A stretch of DNA of 49,773 bases, from contig JAYOEC010000004.1 of assembly GCA_038106525.1 (NCBI GenBank), positions 1 through 49,773 on the forward strand. Reading direction: 5' to 3'. This stretch comes from Minisyncoccota bacterium. GTDB lineage: Bacteria; Patescibacteriota; Minisyncoccia; Phycocordibacterales; Phycocordibacteraceae. The notes under the pieces were generated by a model. The model ran no database searches and had not been told where the DNA came from. It was given only the letters and a program-made list of their open reading frames with translations. Of the stretch, positions 27,841 through 37,839 are shown in pieces (the stretch's first letter is position 1; every line of letters starts with the position of its first letter). The translations under genes were made by a program, and so were the position numbers.

Positions 27841-28872
27841 GTGTCCGAATCTCACCGACATGATGAACATGCTGAACCCTGTCTCGACATGTTCGGAAGG
27901 GTCAGCGATCTCGAAATCTCTGAGGAAAAGTATTCCGAGCTGATTTACGACTTCAACAAACTTATTCATAGCGAGCTCGCTGCTTCATTTTCAGCTCAGG
28001 CAGACTTCTTTAAGAGCAGCGGAGTTTCGGTGCTCGCCATTCCGGGAAGTGACGGGAGATTTGAAAAAGGTTCGCGCGTTTCCGCTGTCGAATTGATCGC
28101 ATTGCTTGATGAAACAGCATCCGGAAAGATGGATGTAATACGGGAGAAGATTAAAGGGGTTTTGACTAAAGTTTCTCCTCACAAGATTGCCCATATTGAG
28201 TGGAAGAACCATGACTCGCTTCTCTCGTCGTTTAATGGTGATAGAAATAGAATTCAACCAGCGCGCCTTGGTACCGATGCTCGTCCACTGCTCGGAGACG
28301 AGTCAATGTTACTGGCTGCTCGCAAACGAATCGGGGCTGAAATACTTGGGGAGTCAGGAGCACATATTAAAAAACGCGTTGACAATCTTGAGGCAGATGC
28401 CCGCAAGGCAATGAGCGGAGTGAACCGGATTGCAGGGACTGACGCAGTCCACTTTGATCTCGACGGTCCTAATGGTCAAGGTGTTGTCTTTTTTAATCCA
28501 AATGCATACCAGCTTTCGTTCAAAATTGGTCCGTTGCGTTTGGTTCAAAGTACGCTCCTTGCTGAGTCCGTTAAGCATATGCGTCGCGAATCGAATCAAG
28601 ATTTTTTGAGTACGCTTCGTTCAAACATAACCCGAAGATTGTCGCAGCTCTCCGACGATCGGATGCTCAATCTTTCCAACGAATCGATTAGTAAGATTAA
28701 GGAGCATTACAATTTTTTTCTGAGACTGTACCATCGGAGTGAGAGCTCGTACGCAGAGCGTGGAGTTACCGCTCTTCCGCTCGACACGCAAGAGGTAGTC
28801 GAAATTCGGAAGCGACTTATCGACTTATCTGCCCTTATGCAGACATTAAAGATTGGAAAGGTACCGCGCTGA
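27841..28872 (+). CDS. hypothetical protein, possible degenerate nucleotidyltransferase
   Basis: LAIPGSDGRFE...SAVELIAL and FKIGPLR resemble GlnD/DUF294-type motifs; GTG 6 nt after TATAAT. Confidence 0.55.
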   Translation: MSESHRHDEHAEPCLDMFGRVSDLEISEEKYSELIYDFNKLIHSELAASFSAQADFFKSSGVSVLAIPGSDGRFEKGSRVSAVELIALLDETASGKMDVIREKIKGVLTKVSPHKIAHIEWKNHDSLLSSFNGDRNRIQPARLGTDARPLLGDESMLLAARKRIGAEILGESGAHIKKRVDNLEADARKAMSGVNRIAGTDAVHFDLDGPNGQGVVFFNPNAYQLSFKIGPLRLVQSTLLAESVKHMRRESNQDFLSTLRSNITRRLSQLSDDRMLNLSNESISKIKEHYNFFLRLYHRSESSYAERGVTALPLDTQEVVEIRKRLIDLSALMQTLKIGKVPR

Positions 28873-28896
28873 TTTCGGAGTTGTTATACTTGGCTG

Positions 28897-29151
28897 ATGC
28901 TTAAACTTTTCGTCCGCGACAACTGTGCGTACTCGAAGCGGGCGCTCGATGCTGCGCTCGCAAGCGGCCTTGAGGTGCGTATCTGCAACAAAACCGAGAA
29001 CCCCGCATTCGAAGAGGAACTGCAGCAGCTGCAGGGGAGCGGCGAGGTTCCCTACCTAGTGGATACTGGCTCTGGCCTCGTCATTGACGAGTCTGAGGCA
29101 ATTGTCCACTATTTCCGTTCTTCTTCTAATGCGGAACCAAGCGCAACATAG
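28897..29151 (+). CDS. glutaredoxin / GST-N-like protein
   Basis: CAYS motif, EVPYLVD, ESEAIVHY. Confidence 0.85.
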   Translation: MLKLFVRDNCAYSKRALDAALASGLEVRICNKTENPAFEEELQQLQGSGEVPYLVDTGSGLVIDESEAIVHYFRSSSNAEPSAT

Positions 29152-29166
29152 GGTAGTATACAGAGT

Positions 29167-29535
29167 ATGATTCAGCACTCTATCAAGTGTTCAGGCTCCG
29201 TTCTTCTTACCGATGAGGTCCGGCACTACCTTGAGGCGAAACTTGCGCGGTTGGAAAAGGTAGTGGATGCGGGCGACCCAACAGTACGGGCCGAAATTGA
29301 GCTTGCCACGACCGGTGGCGCACGAACAGGTGAGCAGTATCGTGCAGAGATTAATATTTCAATGACCGGCGGGTTTATCCGCGCCGAGGCGACCCGCGAG
29401 CAGCTACACGCCGCAATTGACGAGTGTATAGATGAGGCACGACGCGAGGTCCGAAAGCGCCGCACCAGACACCGCGACTTAGTGCGACGCGGTGCGGCGA
29501 AAGTCAAAGATTTCTTCCGCTCATTCCGCGGCTAA
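29167..29535 (+). CDS. hpf: ribosome hibernation factor HPF/RaiA
   Basis: LTDEVRHYLEAKLARL, AEINI, LHAAID pattern. Confidence 0.85.
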   Translation: MIQHSIKCSGSVLLTDEVRHYLEAKLARLEKVVDAGDPTVRAEIELATTGGARTGEQYRAEINISMTGGFIRAEATREQLHAAIDECIDEARREVRKRRTRHRDLVRRGAAKVKDFFRSFRG

Positions 29536-30389
29536 CCACGCAAGAAATCCTGATAGTTCATCTCTCGCTTACCCTCGGGCAACACCCGAAGCGGCATAAA
29601 GCTCCCGCGTTCGTATGTTGCTTCAACAATTTTGACTCGAGTTCGTGCTCCCCGGCGGTCTGCAAAAAAGTAGGTACCCGGCCAGCCGTCATATGCGCAG
29701 AACTTCAGATAGTTTTGGTATGGGTCAGCAGTAAGATCGATCTCCCCATCCTGCTTTGTTATTTTTCTTGTGTAGGTTGCAGCTGCGTGGTCCTGCGGCA
29801 CTGGTTTTAATGAACCTGAGAGGTAGGGTGGTAACACTTCAGCAAGCAATATTCCTCCTTCATGTGCCAGCAGGCGTTCAAGTTCACGCGCTGAGAGCGG
29901 CCACGGATCCGGAGTGATTGCTGCCGCTGCGAGCACTGGCCCATGGTCCATCTCCGAGTCGAGCTGCATGATGCTTACCCCCACCGTGCGCTCGTCGAGC
30001 AGCAGTTGAGATTCAATTGGTGACGGCCCACGAAAGCGAGGCAGGAGCGATGGATGAACATTGAGTATGCCGTGAGCCGGAACCTCGAGTAGCGCCGGTG
30101 GTAAAAGCCGACCGTATGCTGCCACAATATATGCATCCCACTCGCTGTTCATTACGCTATCGAGGTCCGGGTCATCCGTTAGGTTTTTTGGTTGGATAAA
30201 CGGAATATCATGCATGAGCGCCCAGTCTTTGACTGGCGGTGGGGAGAGCTTTAGGCCACGGCCCGCTGGTTTGTCGGTACCTGTCACGATGAGTGCCGGT
30301 ACCACCCCCGCCTCAGAAAGCGCCTCAAGCACCCCAAGTGCAAACTCTGGCGTTCCAAAAAATGCAATGCGCTTATTGCTCTGATTCAT
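29532..30389 (-). CDS. fmt: methionyl-tRNA formyltransferase
   Basis: FFGTPEF, AAYG, NVHPSLLPRFRGPSPI, MDHGP. Confidence 0.95.
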   Translation of the reverse strand: MNQSNKRIAFFGTPEFALGVLEALSEAGVVPALIVTGTDKPAGRGLKLSPPPVKDWALMHDIPFIQPKNLTDDPDLDSVMNSEWDAYIVAAYGRLLPPALLEVPAHGILNVHPSLLPRFRGPSPIESQLLLDERTVGVSIMQLDSEMDHGPVLAAAAITPDPWPLSARELERLLAHEGGILLAEVLPPYLSGSLKPVPQDHAAATYTRKITKQDGEIDLTADPYQNYLKFCAYDGWPGTYFFADRRGARTRVKIVEATYERGSFMPLRVLPEGKREMNYQDFLRG

Positions 30390-30891
30390 GAGAGCCGATG
30401 CTGTGGGCATGATCAATAAAAAGGACGCCATCAAGATGGTCACACTCGTGCTGGAATATCTGCGCGATAAGTCCAGAACCGCCGCGTTCGAACTCCACTC
30501 CGTCAGGAGTTTGCGCGCGGATGGTGGCGCGGACTGACCGGGTGGTGGTGCCGAATACGCCGGGGACCGACAAACATCCCTCACTCATCTCACCTGTCTT
30601 TTTAGATTTTCTAATTATCGTCGGGTTAATGAATGCAACATCTGCATCATCGTCGTTCCGCTCATGGTGTTTGAGCACATACCCACGGACCACAAAGATA
30701 CGATAGGGGACTCCGATCTGCGGCGCAGCAATGGCAACACCATATGGCTCGGCACGGACAGCCCTCACCATCCGTTCAATAATTGCGCCGAGCTCCTCGC
30801 TACCAAAAAGGTTTTTAGGGACTGGGCCTGCAGGAGCCCGCAGCACCGGGTCCCCCTCGGTGCAGATCTCTGGGCTCGTGGGCCGCTTCAT
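30373..30891 (-). CDS. def: peptide deformylase
   Basis: GVAIAAPQIG, EGCLS, QHECDHLDG. Confidence 0.96.
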   Translation of the reverse strand: MKRPTSPEICTEGDPVLRAPAGPVPKNLFGSEELGAIIERMVRAVRAEPYGVAIAAPQIGVPYRIFVVRGYVLKHHERNDDDADVAFINPTIIRKSKKTGEMSEGCLSVPGVFGTTTRSVRATIRAQTPDGVEFERGGSGLIAQIFQHECDHLDGVLFIDHAHSIGSHESEQ

Positions 30892-30913
30892 GCTGTTACT
30901 GTATCATTCTGGG

Positions 30914-32806
30914 CTACGCGATGGTATCGGGGTCGATCTCGACCGCTACCTCAGGCGGCAGCGCCCGCAATCGCTCTGCAAGACCGCTCTCGGGCCAATG
31001 TGCAGCGGGGATACGGAGCACCACCCGTTCGATGCAGCGGCCGCGGTCAGTTGCAATTGGCGGCAAGGGGCCCACAAGATCTTGATCGCTGAATGACTCA
31101 GTGATGTGCAACCTAAGGCGCGCGTTGGTCGCCTCGGTTCCAGTCCAAAGCAGGCTGATAAATACGGTGTGTGGGGGATAGCCAAATTCCTGTCGCAGTT
31201 CGCTCTCGGCGCGATACAAATCCATCGGATTCCCGCCTGCGAAAGCCGCAATGGCTCCATGCTCAGGCATGCGCGTCTCAATAATACAACTTCGCTCTGC
31301 GCGCGCCTTTAGGTACCACAATATGCTGTGTGCATGCTCGTTCGCGCGCCACGCGCTTGATGAAAGAATACTATCAATCGACGCAACCACCACAAGATCA
31401 ACTTGCTCAGTGAGATAGGGGAGCATCCGCTCGGTTCCGACCAGAACCCCGCCTTCAGATGTATAAAATGCTGATGCTATTTTCCGTGCTCGGGCATGCG
31501 TTTCGGCACTGTCTTTTGTAAGTGTGTACAGCTGCGCATCAGAAATCTGATTAGCAACAAAATCCGTAACTCGGTCAACACCGATGCCGAGCGACACCAG
31601 GTTCCATCCGCCACAGGTGCGGCATACCGTTGAAGCTGGGAGTACCGCTCCTGAGCGGTGCGACACAAAGATATTTCCAGACGGAGACTTATGCAGCGCC
31701 ATTGGCGCGCCGGTCGACGGATCGGTGACAGGGGTGCCGCAATCATTGCATACGGTAAGCGGTGCAATCCCGCGGCGAGCAGCAAACACAACCGCGCGAG
31801 CTTTTCGTCCCAACGCGTCTCTGAGTGCATCAAGGCTGGTCTCGGCGAGCGGAGTAAAATGTCGTTTACTCTTCTGTACGGTGTCCTTGGCTCTTGTATC
31901 GAGGATGGTTGTTTGTGCCGTAGTGGTAAGCCGCAGCTGTGGACGAGCAAGATGCTCAGCCTCTCCGCGTTCTGCCCGATAGAGTGCGTCAACACTCAGC
32001 GGAAAATCGGCAAGGATGAGGCGGGCTCCGGATTCGTATGCGAGAAACTGGGCTGCACGGCGCGCGTCAAGGTGCGGCCACTCGCGCCCGCGGTATGCTC
32101 GTGCCGACTCGCGTTCAACAACGATGGTGTGCAGCCGCTTTAGCGGTGCTGAGAGTGCGGCTGGTGTACCAATAACGACCACTGGGCCCTCCGCATTGCT
32201 CGAGCGCTCCCAGGCACTTTGAAGCGCGGCTCTCGTGTGCGCACTGGTGAGCACTACCACCTGTTCCTCAATTCCGCGGGCAAGTTGCTCGCCAAGATGC
32301 TCGGCCTCCACAATGGATGGGGTCATAATAATGAGCGATCCGTTCTGTGCAAAGCATTCGCGCACAATATTGCGGTAGGTTCGGATGCGCTCCGCCGGTT
32401 CAGCCTGCAGCACCAAAAATTCTGGCGCAGTTGAGGCGCGCTCTTTGGTCTGCTCAGGTACTGTTGAGCGACGGGCCGATAGGATGGATGAAAAGGTCAG
32501 CGCCGCGATTGCCGCGCCGAGCGGCGCGACATGGTACGCCGCGGTCCGCTCGGCTGCACGCATAAAGGCGTCAGAGAGTACCTGCCGAGGTTGCGCACGA
32601 CCAAGTTTCTTGAGCGCAAAGTCAGACGCTTTCAGTTCGAGTTTTTCCTCACGCACATCCGCGCACGCAGTAACCAATGCGGTGAGCATACGGCCGCGCA
32701 CTGGTGCAGAGACAATGGATCCCGGCTCGATGGAGCATCGGCTGAAAAATGAGAGTTCGACTCTCTGTGGTCCTCGGACAATAGGGAGAACTCGCACGGC
32801 GTACAT
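30914..32806 (-). CDS. priA: primosomal protein N' (helicase-degenerate)
   Basis: 3'-DNA-binding N-domain (VSAPVRGR), RRG..CNDC...CRTC, R..FGYPP; adjacent to def-fmt. Confidence 0.8.
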   Translation of the reverse strand: MYAVRVLPIVRGPQRVELSFFSRCSIEPGSIVSAPVRGRMLTALVTACADVREEKLELKASDFALKKLGRAQPRQVLSDAFMRAAERTAAYHVAPLGAAIAALTFSSILSARRSTVPEQTKERASTAPEFLVLQAEPAERIRTYRNIVRECFAQNGSLIIMTPSIVEAEHLGEQLARGIEEQVVVLTSAHTRAALQSAWERSSNAEGPVVVIGTPAALSAPLKRLHTIVVERESARAYRGREWPHLDARRAAQFLAYESGARLILADFPLSVDALYRAERGEAEHLARPQLRLTTTAQTTILDTRAKDTVQKSKRHFTPLAETSLDALRDALGRKARAVVFAARRGIAPLTVCNDCGTPVTDPSTGAPMALHKSPSGNIFVSHRSGAVLPASTVCRTCGGWNLVSLGIGVDRVTDFVANQISDAQLYTLTKDSAETHARARKIASAFYTSEGGVLVGTERMLPYLTEQVDLVVVASIDSILSSSAWRANEHAHSILWYLKARAERSCIIETRMPEHGAIAAFAGGNPMDLYRAESELRQEFGYPPHTVFISLLWTGTEATNARLRLHITESFSDQDLVGPLPPIATDRGRCIERVVLRIPAAHWPESGLAERLRALPPEVAVEIDPDTIA

Positions 32807-32842
32807 GCGTTCAGAATAGCAAATGGGGTGTAAGCTATCCGT

Positions 32843-34117
32843 ATGCCAACCTTCCGCATTAAGGGTCTTGCTGGTGCGCCGCAGCTCCGTGGCGAGGTGC
32901 CGGTCTTTGGGATGAAGAACGCCGCTCTGCCGATTATGGCGGCATCAGCGCTTATTGAGGGAACCACCCGGCTTACTAATATGCCCGACATTGCTGATGT
33001 ACACGCAATGGCACGGCTGCTCGAGGGGCTTGGTGCTCGGGTCATTGTGAGCGCCGGCGACACAGAGGTAGATACCAAGCAGCTCGCAGGAACCGTGCTT
33101 GACGGTCCGATATCAAAATCGATGCGTGCATCGGTACTGCTCACTGGCCCTTTACTTGCGCGACACGGATCCGTTTCATTTCCGCATCCGGGTGGGTGTG
33201 TTCTTGGTTCGCGGCCAATTGATATTTTTGTTTCTGGGTTTGAGCAGCTGGGGGCGCAGTATGCGGAAGATGGCGAGACCTACCGCCTAACTGCTCCGCG
33301 CGGATTGCATGGTGGGGAAATTTTTTTTCGCGTGCCGTCAGTGACCGGAACTGAGACATTCATGATGGCCGCAGTTGCAGCAAACGGACCGGTCACACTC
33401 GTGAACGCTGCCATGGAGCCCGAGGTGGTTGCTACGGCAGACTTTTTGCGTTTGTGTGGCGCGCGGATTGATGGCGTGGGGACTACAACGGTCACGGTGT
33501 ACCCTTCTTCGCTTCACGCGCCGTCTGAGGATCAGCCGTTCGCAATCATTCCTGATCGGATCGAGGCAGCGTCTTTCTTGATCCTCGGCGCCGCGCTTGG
33601 CGACGATGTGCGTATCGTGGGTGCCGAACCAGCACACCTCAGTGCAGTTATCGAGGCGCTTCGTGCTATGGGCGTACCGCTTACTATCTCAAGTTCAGGG
33701 ATTAAAGTTCGGGCCCCCGAGCGGTTGCTGCCGTACGATATTCGGACACACGAGTACCCGGGTTTCCCGACTGATGCGCAGGCACCGATGACCGTGCTCC
33801 TCACACAAGCAGACGGCGAGAGTTCAGTAACCGAAACCATTTTTGACGGACGGCTGAACTACACACAGGAGCTGGTTCGCATGGGTGCTGCAATCCAGCT
33901 CTGGAATCCACATAAGGTAACAGTGCGGGGAAGGACGGCGCTCAAGGCGCGAGATATCGACGGCCCTGATATTCGTGCAGGCCTTGCGTTTGTGCTTGCA
34001 GCAGCAATTGCGGACGGCGAGTCTCGGGTCGGGAACGCGCATCTCGTTGATCGAGGCTATCAGCGCATTGAAGAGCGGTTGAGCGCACTCGGGCTTAGTA
34101 TTCGAAGAGAGCCTTAG
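32843..34117 (+). CDS. murA: UDP-N-acetylglucosamine 1-carboxyvinyltransferase
   Basis: KNAALP, MRAS, PGGCVLGSRP, PGFPTD, DIRAG, DRGY. Confidence 0.97.
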   Translation: MPTFRIKGLAGAPQLRGEVPVFGMKNAALPIMAASALIEGTTRLTNMPDIADVHAMARLLEGLGARVIVSAGDTEVDTKQLAGTVLDGPISKSMRASVLLTGPLLARHGSVSFPHPGGCVLGSRPIDIFVSGFEQLGAQYAEDGETYRLTAPRGLHGGEIFFRVPSVTGTETFMMAAVAANGPVTLVNAAMEPEVVATADFLRLCGARIDGVGTTTVTVYPSSLHAPSEDQPFAIIPDRIEAASFLILGAALGDDVRIVGAEPAHLSAVIEALRAMGVPLTISSSGIKVRAPERLLPYDIRTHEYPGFPTDAQAPMTVLLTQADGESSVTETIFDGRLNYTQELVRMGAAIQLWNPHKVTVRGRTALKARDIDGPDIRAGLAFVLAAAIADGESRVGNAHLVDRGYQRIEERLSALGLSIRREP

Positions 34118-34377
34118 CGTGGGATAAGTACGCTCGGCGCTGCCACGCATGCAAGCCCGAACACCAGTATGGCAGCAAGCCCGAACCACCGTCCATGCTT
34201 TCGTGCAATCTTCATCATAAATCCCTCAGTTGAGAGTTGTCTCGGAAACGGGATGATCTCTGCTCCACCATCACTTCCATCAAATCCTCCTCCAGCCGCT
34301 AGGCGCGGTGCCGGAACCTTTCTTCCGAGCTCTATGTTCCCGGCCGCTCCCTCTCGGCGATTTCGCAATACCAACAT
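34114..34377 (-). CDS. hypothetical protein with C-terminal TM
   Basis: TGATATAAT 6 nt before ATG; fills the gap between murA and mreB. Confidence 0.55.
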   Translation of the reverse strand: MLVLRNRREGAAGNIELGRKVPAPRLAAGGGFDGSDGGAEIIPFPRQLSTEGFMMKIARKHGRWFGLAAILVFGLACVAAPSVLIPR

Positions 34378-34466
34378 AATTTCATTATATCATTCAGTTG
34401 ACATATACGCAAGTCCATGTGTTTGTACAAATGCACTATTTGTAGTAGCCCTGCTACACTATCGGT

Positions 34467-35492
34467 ATGTCGTTTTTTTCCCCAAAGCTTGGTATTGATC
34501 TTGGCACCACCACCACATTGGTTTACCTACCCGGGAAGGGTATCGTGCTCAACGAGCCATCGGTGGTTGCAGTTTCAGAAGCGGGACGGAAGATTCTTGC
34601 CATCGGCACGGACGCAAAAGAGATGATCGGCCGGACGCCTGAATCGATTGTTGCGTACCGCCCCATGAAGGACGGCGTCATTGCAGACTATCGTGTTACC
34701 GAGGCGATGCTCCGCTACTACATCCGAAAGGCACTGGGGAGTTGGAATCTTTTCAAACCTGATGTGATCGTCTCTGTTCCCGCAGGCGTGACTTCGACTG
34801 AACGCCGCGCTGTTGTTGAGGCGGCGCTTAAGGCCGGCGCGCGGAATGCATATGTGATCAAAGAACCAATCCTTGCCGCAATAGGTGCGGGCATCCCTAT
34901 TCATGAGCCGCGGGGGCACATGATTGCCGACATCGGCGGTGGAACCATTGATGTTGCGGTGATTAGTCTTGGTGGCATTGTTGCATCAACCTCGGTCAAA
35001 TGTGCCGGCAATAGGATCGATCAGGCAATTGCTGATTTTATAAAAAAGACTTACAACCTTGCAATCGGCGACAAGACGGCTGAGGATATAAAGATTGAAA
35101 TCGGCTCTGCCGTTCCGGTCGAGGAAGAGCTCAGTATGCTCATTAAGGGGCGCGACCTTCTCTCTGGCCTGCCGCGGACGGTGACCATCGGCACAAACGA
35201 AGTGGTGCGGGCAATCAGCCGCGAACTTCGGGAGATGATCAAGGCAATCCGCAATGTGCTCCAGGAGACCCCCCCTGAGCTCGCAGCAGATATTATTGAC
35301 CGCGGCATTATTATGACTGGCGGAACTTCACAACTTCGGCACTTTCCTGAGTTAGTATTTCGTCGTACCGGCGTACCTGCAACGCTTGCAAATGAAGCGC
35401 AGTTTTGTGTTGCAAAGGGGACCGGTGTTGCACTCGAGCACCTTGACACCTACAAGCGATCAATGACTACCAAGCGCAGCTATGCAGCTTAA
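34467..35492 (+). CDS. mreB: rod shape-determining protein MreB (paralog 1)
   Basis: GIDLGT, EPSVVA, DIGGGT, AEDIKIEIG, TGG. Confidence 0.95.
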   Translation: MSFFSPKLGIDLGTTTTLVYLPGKGIVLNEPSVVAVSEAGRKILAIGTDAKEMIGRTPESIVAYRPMKDGVIADYRVTEAMLRYYIRKALGSWNLFKPDVIVSVPAGVTSTERRAVVEAALKAGARNAYVIKEPILAAIGAGIPIHEPRGHMIADIGGGTIDVAVISLGGIVASTSVKCAGNRIDQAIADFIKKTYNLAIGDKTAEDIKIEIGSAVPVEEELSMLIKGRDLLSGLPRTVTIGTNEVVRAISRELREMIKAIRNVLQETPPELAADIIDRGIIMTGGTSQLRHFPELVFRRTGVPATLANEAQFCVAKGTGVALEHLDTYKRSMTTKRSYAA

Positions 35493-36141
35493 GGATCTGG
35501 TCGCGGTCGGATCGCTGCATCACGCGTATCTGGTACGGGGGGGCGAGGAAGCAGTGCGGCAGCTTCTTCTTGCGCGTGGCATTACGGTTGCCGGAAACCC
35601 TGATGTGGTGCAGTACACATACACTGACCTTGAAGTTGATGGGGCGCGTAGCATTGGCGCATTTGCATCGATACAGCCGCTCGGAGCGCACAAGTTTTGT
35701 ACTATCACATTTGCGCGGGCAACCGATGCAGCACAAAATGCACTCCTGAAGACTCTCGAAGAGGCGCCGGGCAGCACAGTCTTTTTCCTTTGCACCCCAC
35801 GGCCTGGTGCACTGCTCCCGACGCTCCGCTCGCGTTGCATCCTCGTCGAGGCTGTCGATGAGATGCCTACCTCCGAATCAAGCGAGATCAGAGAGTTTCT
35901 TGATGCGCCCTACCCAGAGCGGCTCAAACAGGTTGAGCGGATGATCGCTGCGGCGCAAAAACAGGACGACCGCACCGAACTCAGACAATTTGTGCGTGAC
36001 CTTACTCGTTTCGGCTCAGATCATCAGTTTTCTGCGGCAGCGCTTCGTACACTTCTTGATGCCGATCAAATGCTGCAGCAATCAGGTGCAAGTCCTAAAC
36101 TTATTCTCTCCCATCTTGCTGTAGTGCTGCCACTCGCATAG
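35482..36141 (+). CDS. holB: DNA polymerase III delta' subunit-like (short)
   Basis: HHAYL, AQNALLKTLEE, LLPTLRSRC. Confidence 0.8.
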   Translation: MQLKDLVAVGSLHHAYLVRGGEEAVRQLLLARGITVAGNPDVVQYTYTDLEVDGARSIGAFASIQPLGAHKFCTITFARATDAAQNALLKTLEEAPGSTVFFLCTPRPGALLPTLRSRCILVEAVDEMPTSESSEIREFLDAPYPERLKQVERMIAAAQKQDDRTELRQFVRDLTRFGSDHQFSAAALRTLLDADQMLQQSGASPKLILSHLAVVLPLA

Positions 36142-36176
36142 ATTTTCACCATACCGGTGCGGTATACTGCAGCAGT

Positions 36177-36728
36177 ATGGCATTCGATTTCTCAAAGTTG
36201 AAGGCGGGGCTCCAAAATGTTGATGGGTGGCTTAAAACCGAACTTGGAGCACTCCGCACTGGCCGTGCGAGCCCGACGCTCTTGGACGCGGTATCGGTAG
36301 AGGTCTATGGATCGCGCATGAAAGTTTCGCAAGTTGCGTCGATTACTGTCGAGGATGCACGATCGCTGTATGTCTCACCGTGGGATACGGGGCAGTTAAA
36401 GCCGATAGAGAAAGCAATCATGCTTGCGGACCTTGGTGTTGGTGTCGGGGCAGACGATAAAGGGGTCCGTGTTACATTCCCCGAGCTGACCACCGAACGC
36501 CGTCAGCAATTGGTTAAGCTGCTTCGTGCCAAGCTCGAGGAAGCGCGCATATCGGTCCGCGGCGAACGGACAAAGGCAATGTCAGCTATCGAGTCGGCAG
36601 AGCAGGAGGGTGGTATGGGTGAGGACGATGCGGTACGGGCGAAGGAAGAGGCCCAAAAGCTTATTGACGCAGCAAATGCGGCTCTCGAGGCAACTGCGAA
36701 AAAGAAAGAAGACGAACTTCTTGGGTAA
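36177..36728 (+). CDS. frr: ribosome recycling factor
   Basis: LRTGRA, PELTTERR, EEARISVR. Confidence 0.96.
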   Translation: MAFDFSKLKAGLQNVDGWLKTELGALRTGRASPTLLDAVSVEVYGSRMKVSQVASITVEDARSLYVSPWDTGQLKPIEKAIMLADLGVGVGADDKGVRVTFPELTTERRQQLVKLLRAKLEEARISVRGERTKAMSAIESAEQEGGMGEDDAVRAKEEAQKLIDAANAALEATAKKKEDELLG

Positions 36729-36730
36729 AC

Positions 36731-37807
36731 ATGGAGATCGGACTTTTCATACTCATACTATTGGTCCTTATTGTTGGCCATGAGCTCGGCCACTTTAGCA
36801 TTGCAAAATGGGTTGGCATGAAGGTGACCGAATTTGGAGTCGGATTTCCGCCGCGTCTCCTCGGCATTCAGCGCGGGGAGACTGTGTATTCGGTAAATCT
36901 CATTCCGTTCGGCGGATTTGTAAAGATCCATGGTGAAGATCAGGAAGATCGTTTTACCGATCGTTCGTTTGTTCGGTTTTCAAAATCGTCGCAAGCGGCA
37001 GTATTGGCTGCAGGACCAGCAGCAAATATTGCCATCGGATTTTGTGCACTTTTCGCGGCGTTCATGATCGGTATCCCGACCGTGGTCGATGGTACTGCAC
37101 ATGATGGCGCAGAGGTAGTAGTTGCGTCCGTACTCGTGGACAGTCCTGCCGCTGTCGCTGGTATTTTGCCCGGCGATCGGGTGCTACAACTCGGGAGGAA
37201 TGATGTGCTCGAGGCGGTTCGCGGAAGTGGAGACATCTCTGCACACATTGGCGAAAGTACTGAACCAATAACTATTGTTGTTGCGCGCGACTCCGAGCAA
37301 TTTTCGTTTGTGCTGCTTCCGGTGGCAGGACTGCTGCCTGACGATCCGTCTCGGGCCGGGATTGGTATCTCAACGGTTGTAGTGAGCACTGATGGCATGC
37401 CGTTCTTTGCTGCACTGCAGCGAGCTGCAGCTGAGACCGCTCGTTCGCTCGTAGCAATTGTTGTCGGGATCGGCACCTTGATTGTGGGGGCAGTTACCTG
37501 GTCTGGTTCTTTGAGCGATATTACCGGTCCAGTTGGTATTGCTGGCCTTGTGGGAGAGGCGAGTGCATTCGGTGTTGGACAGGTGCTCGCACTTGCTGCG
37601 ATTATCTCACTTAATCTTGCTGTTATTAACCTACTCCCGTTTCCTGCGCTTGATGGTGGGCGGCTTGCCTTGCTTTTCCTCGAGATTGTCCGTGGTCGGT
37701 CAGTCAAGGATTCAACGGTTCAGCTGATAAATGGAGCAGGGTTCGCCGCCCTCATTCTCCTTATGGTAGTAATTACCTGGAACGATATTCTTCGCCTAGT
37801 CGCTTAA
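36731..37807 (+). CDS. rseP: site-2 protease RseP (M50, PDZ)
   Basis: HELGH, AGP..N, PDZ, NLLPFPALDGG. Confidence 0.93.
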   Translation: MEIGLFILILLVLIVGHELGHFSIAKWVGMKVTEFGVGFPPRLLGIQRGETVYSVNLIPFGGFVKIHGEDQEDRFTDRSFVRFSKSSQAAVLAAGPAANIAIGFCALFAAFMIGIPTVVDGTAHDGAEVVVASVLVDSPAAVAGILPGDRVLQLGRNDVLEAVRGSGDISAHIGESTEPITIVVARDSEQFSFVLLPVAGLLPDDPSRAGIGISTVVVSTDGMPFFAALQRAAAETARSLVAIVVGIGTLIVGAVTWSGSLSDITGPVGIAGLVGEASAFGVGQVLALAAIISLNLAVINLLPFPALDGGRLALLFLEIVRGRSVKDSTVQLINGAGFAALILLMVVITWNDILRLVA

Positions 37808-37839
37808 CACTTTATTTTTCTCTCAGGTATACTTACCGG

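Noticed and set aside
25611-28872. Prophage, ICE or T6SS locus at tRNA-Asn
   Set aside because: No integrase, transposase, phage structural genes or other T6SS components are visible.
36940-37707. Long antisense or alternate-frame ORFs (also 14372-15079, 17643-18311, 12302-12970)
   Set aside because: Shadows of well-supported genes in GC-rich coding DNA, with no motifs.
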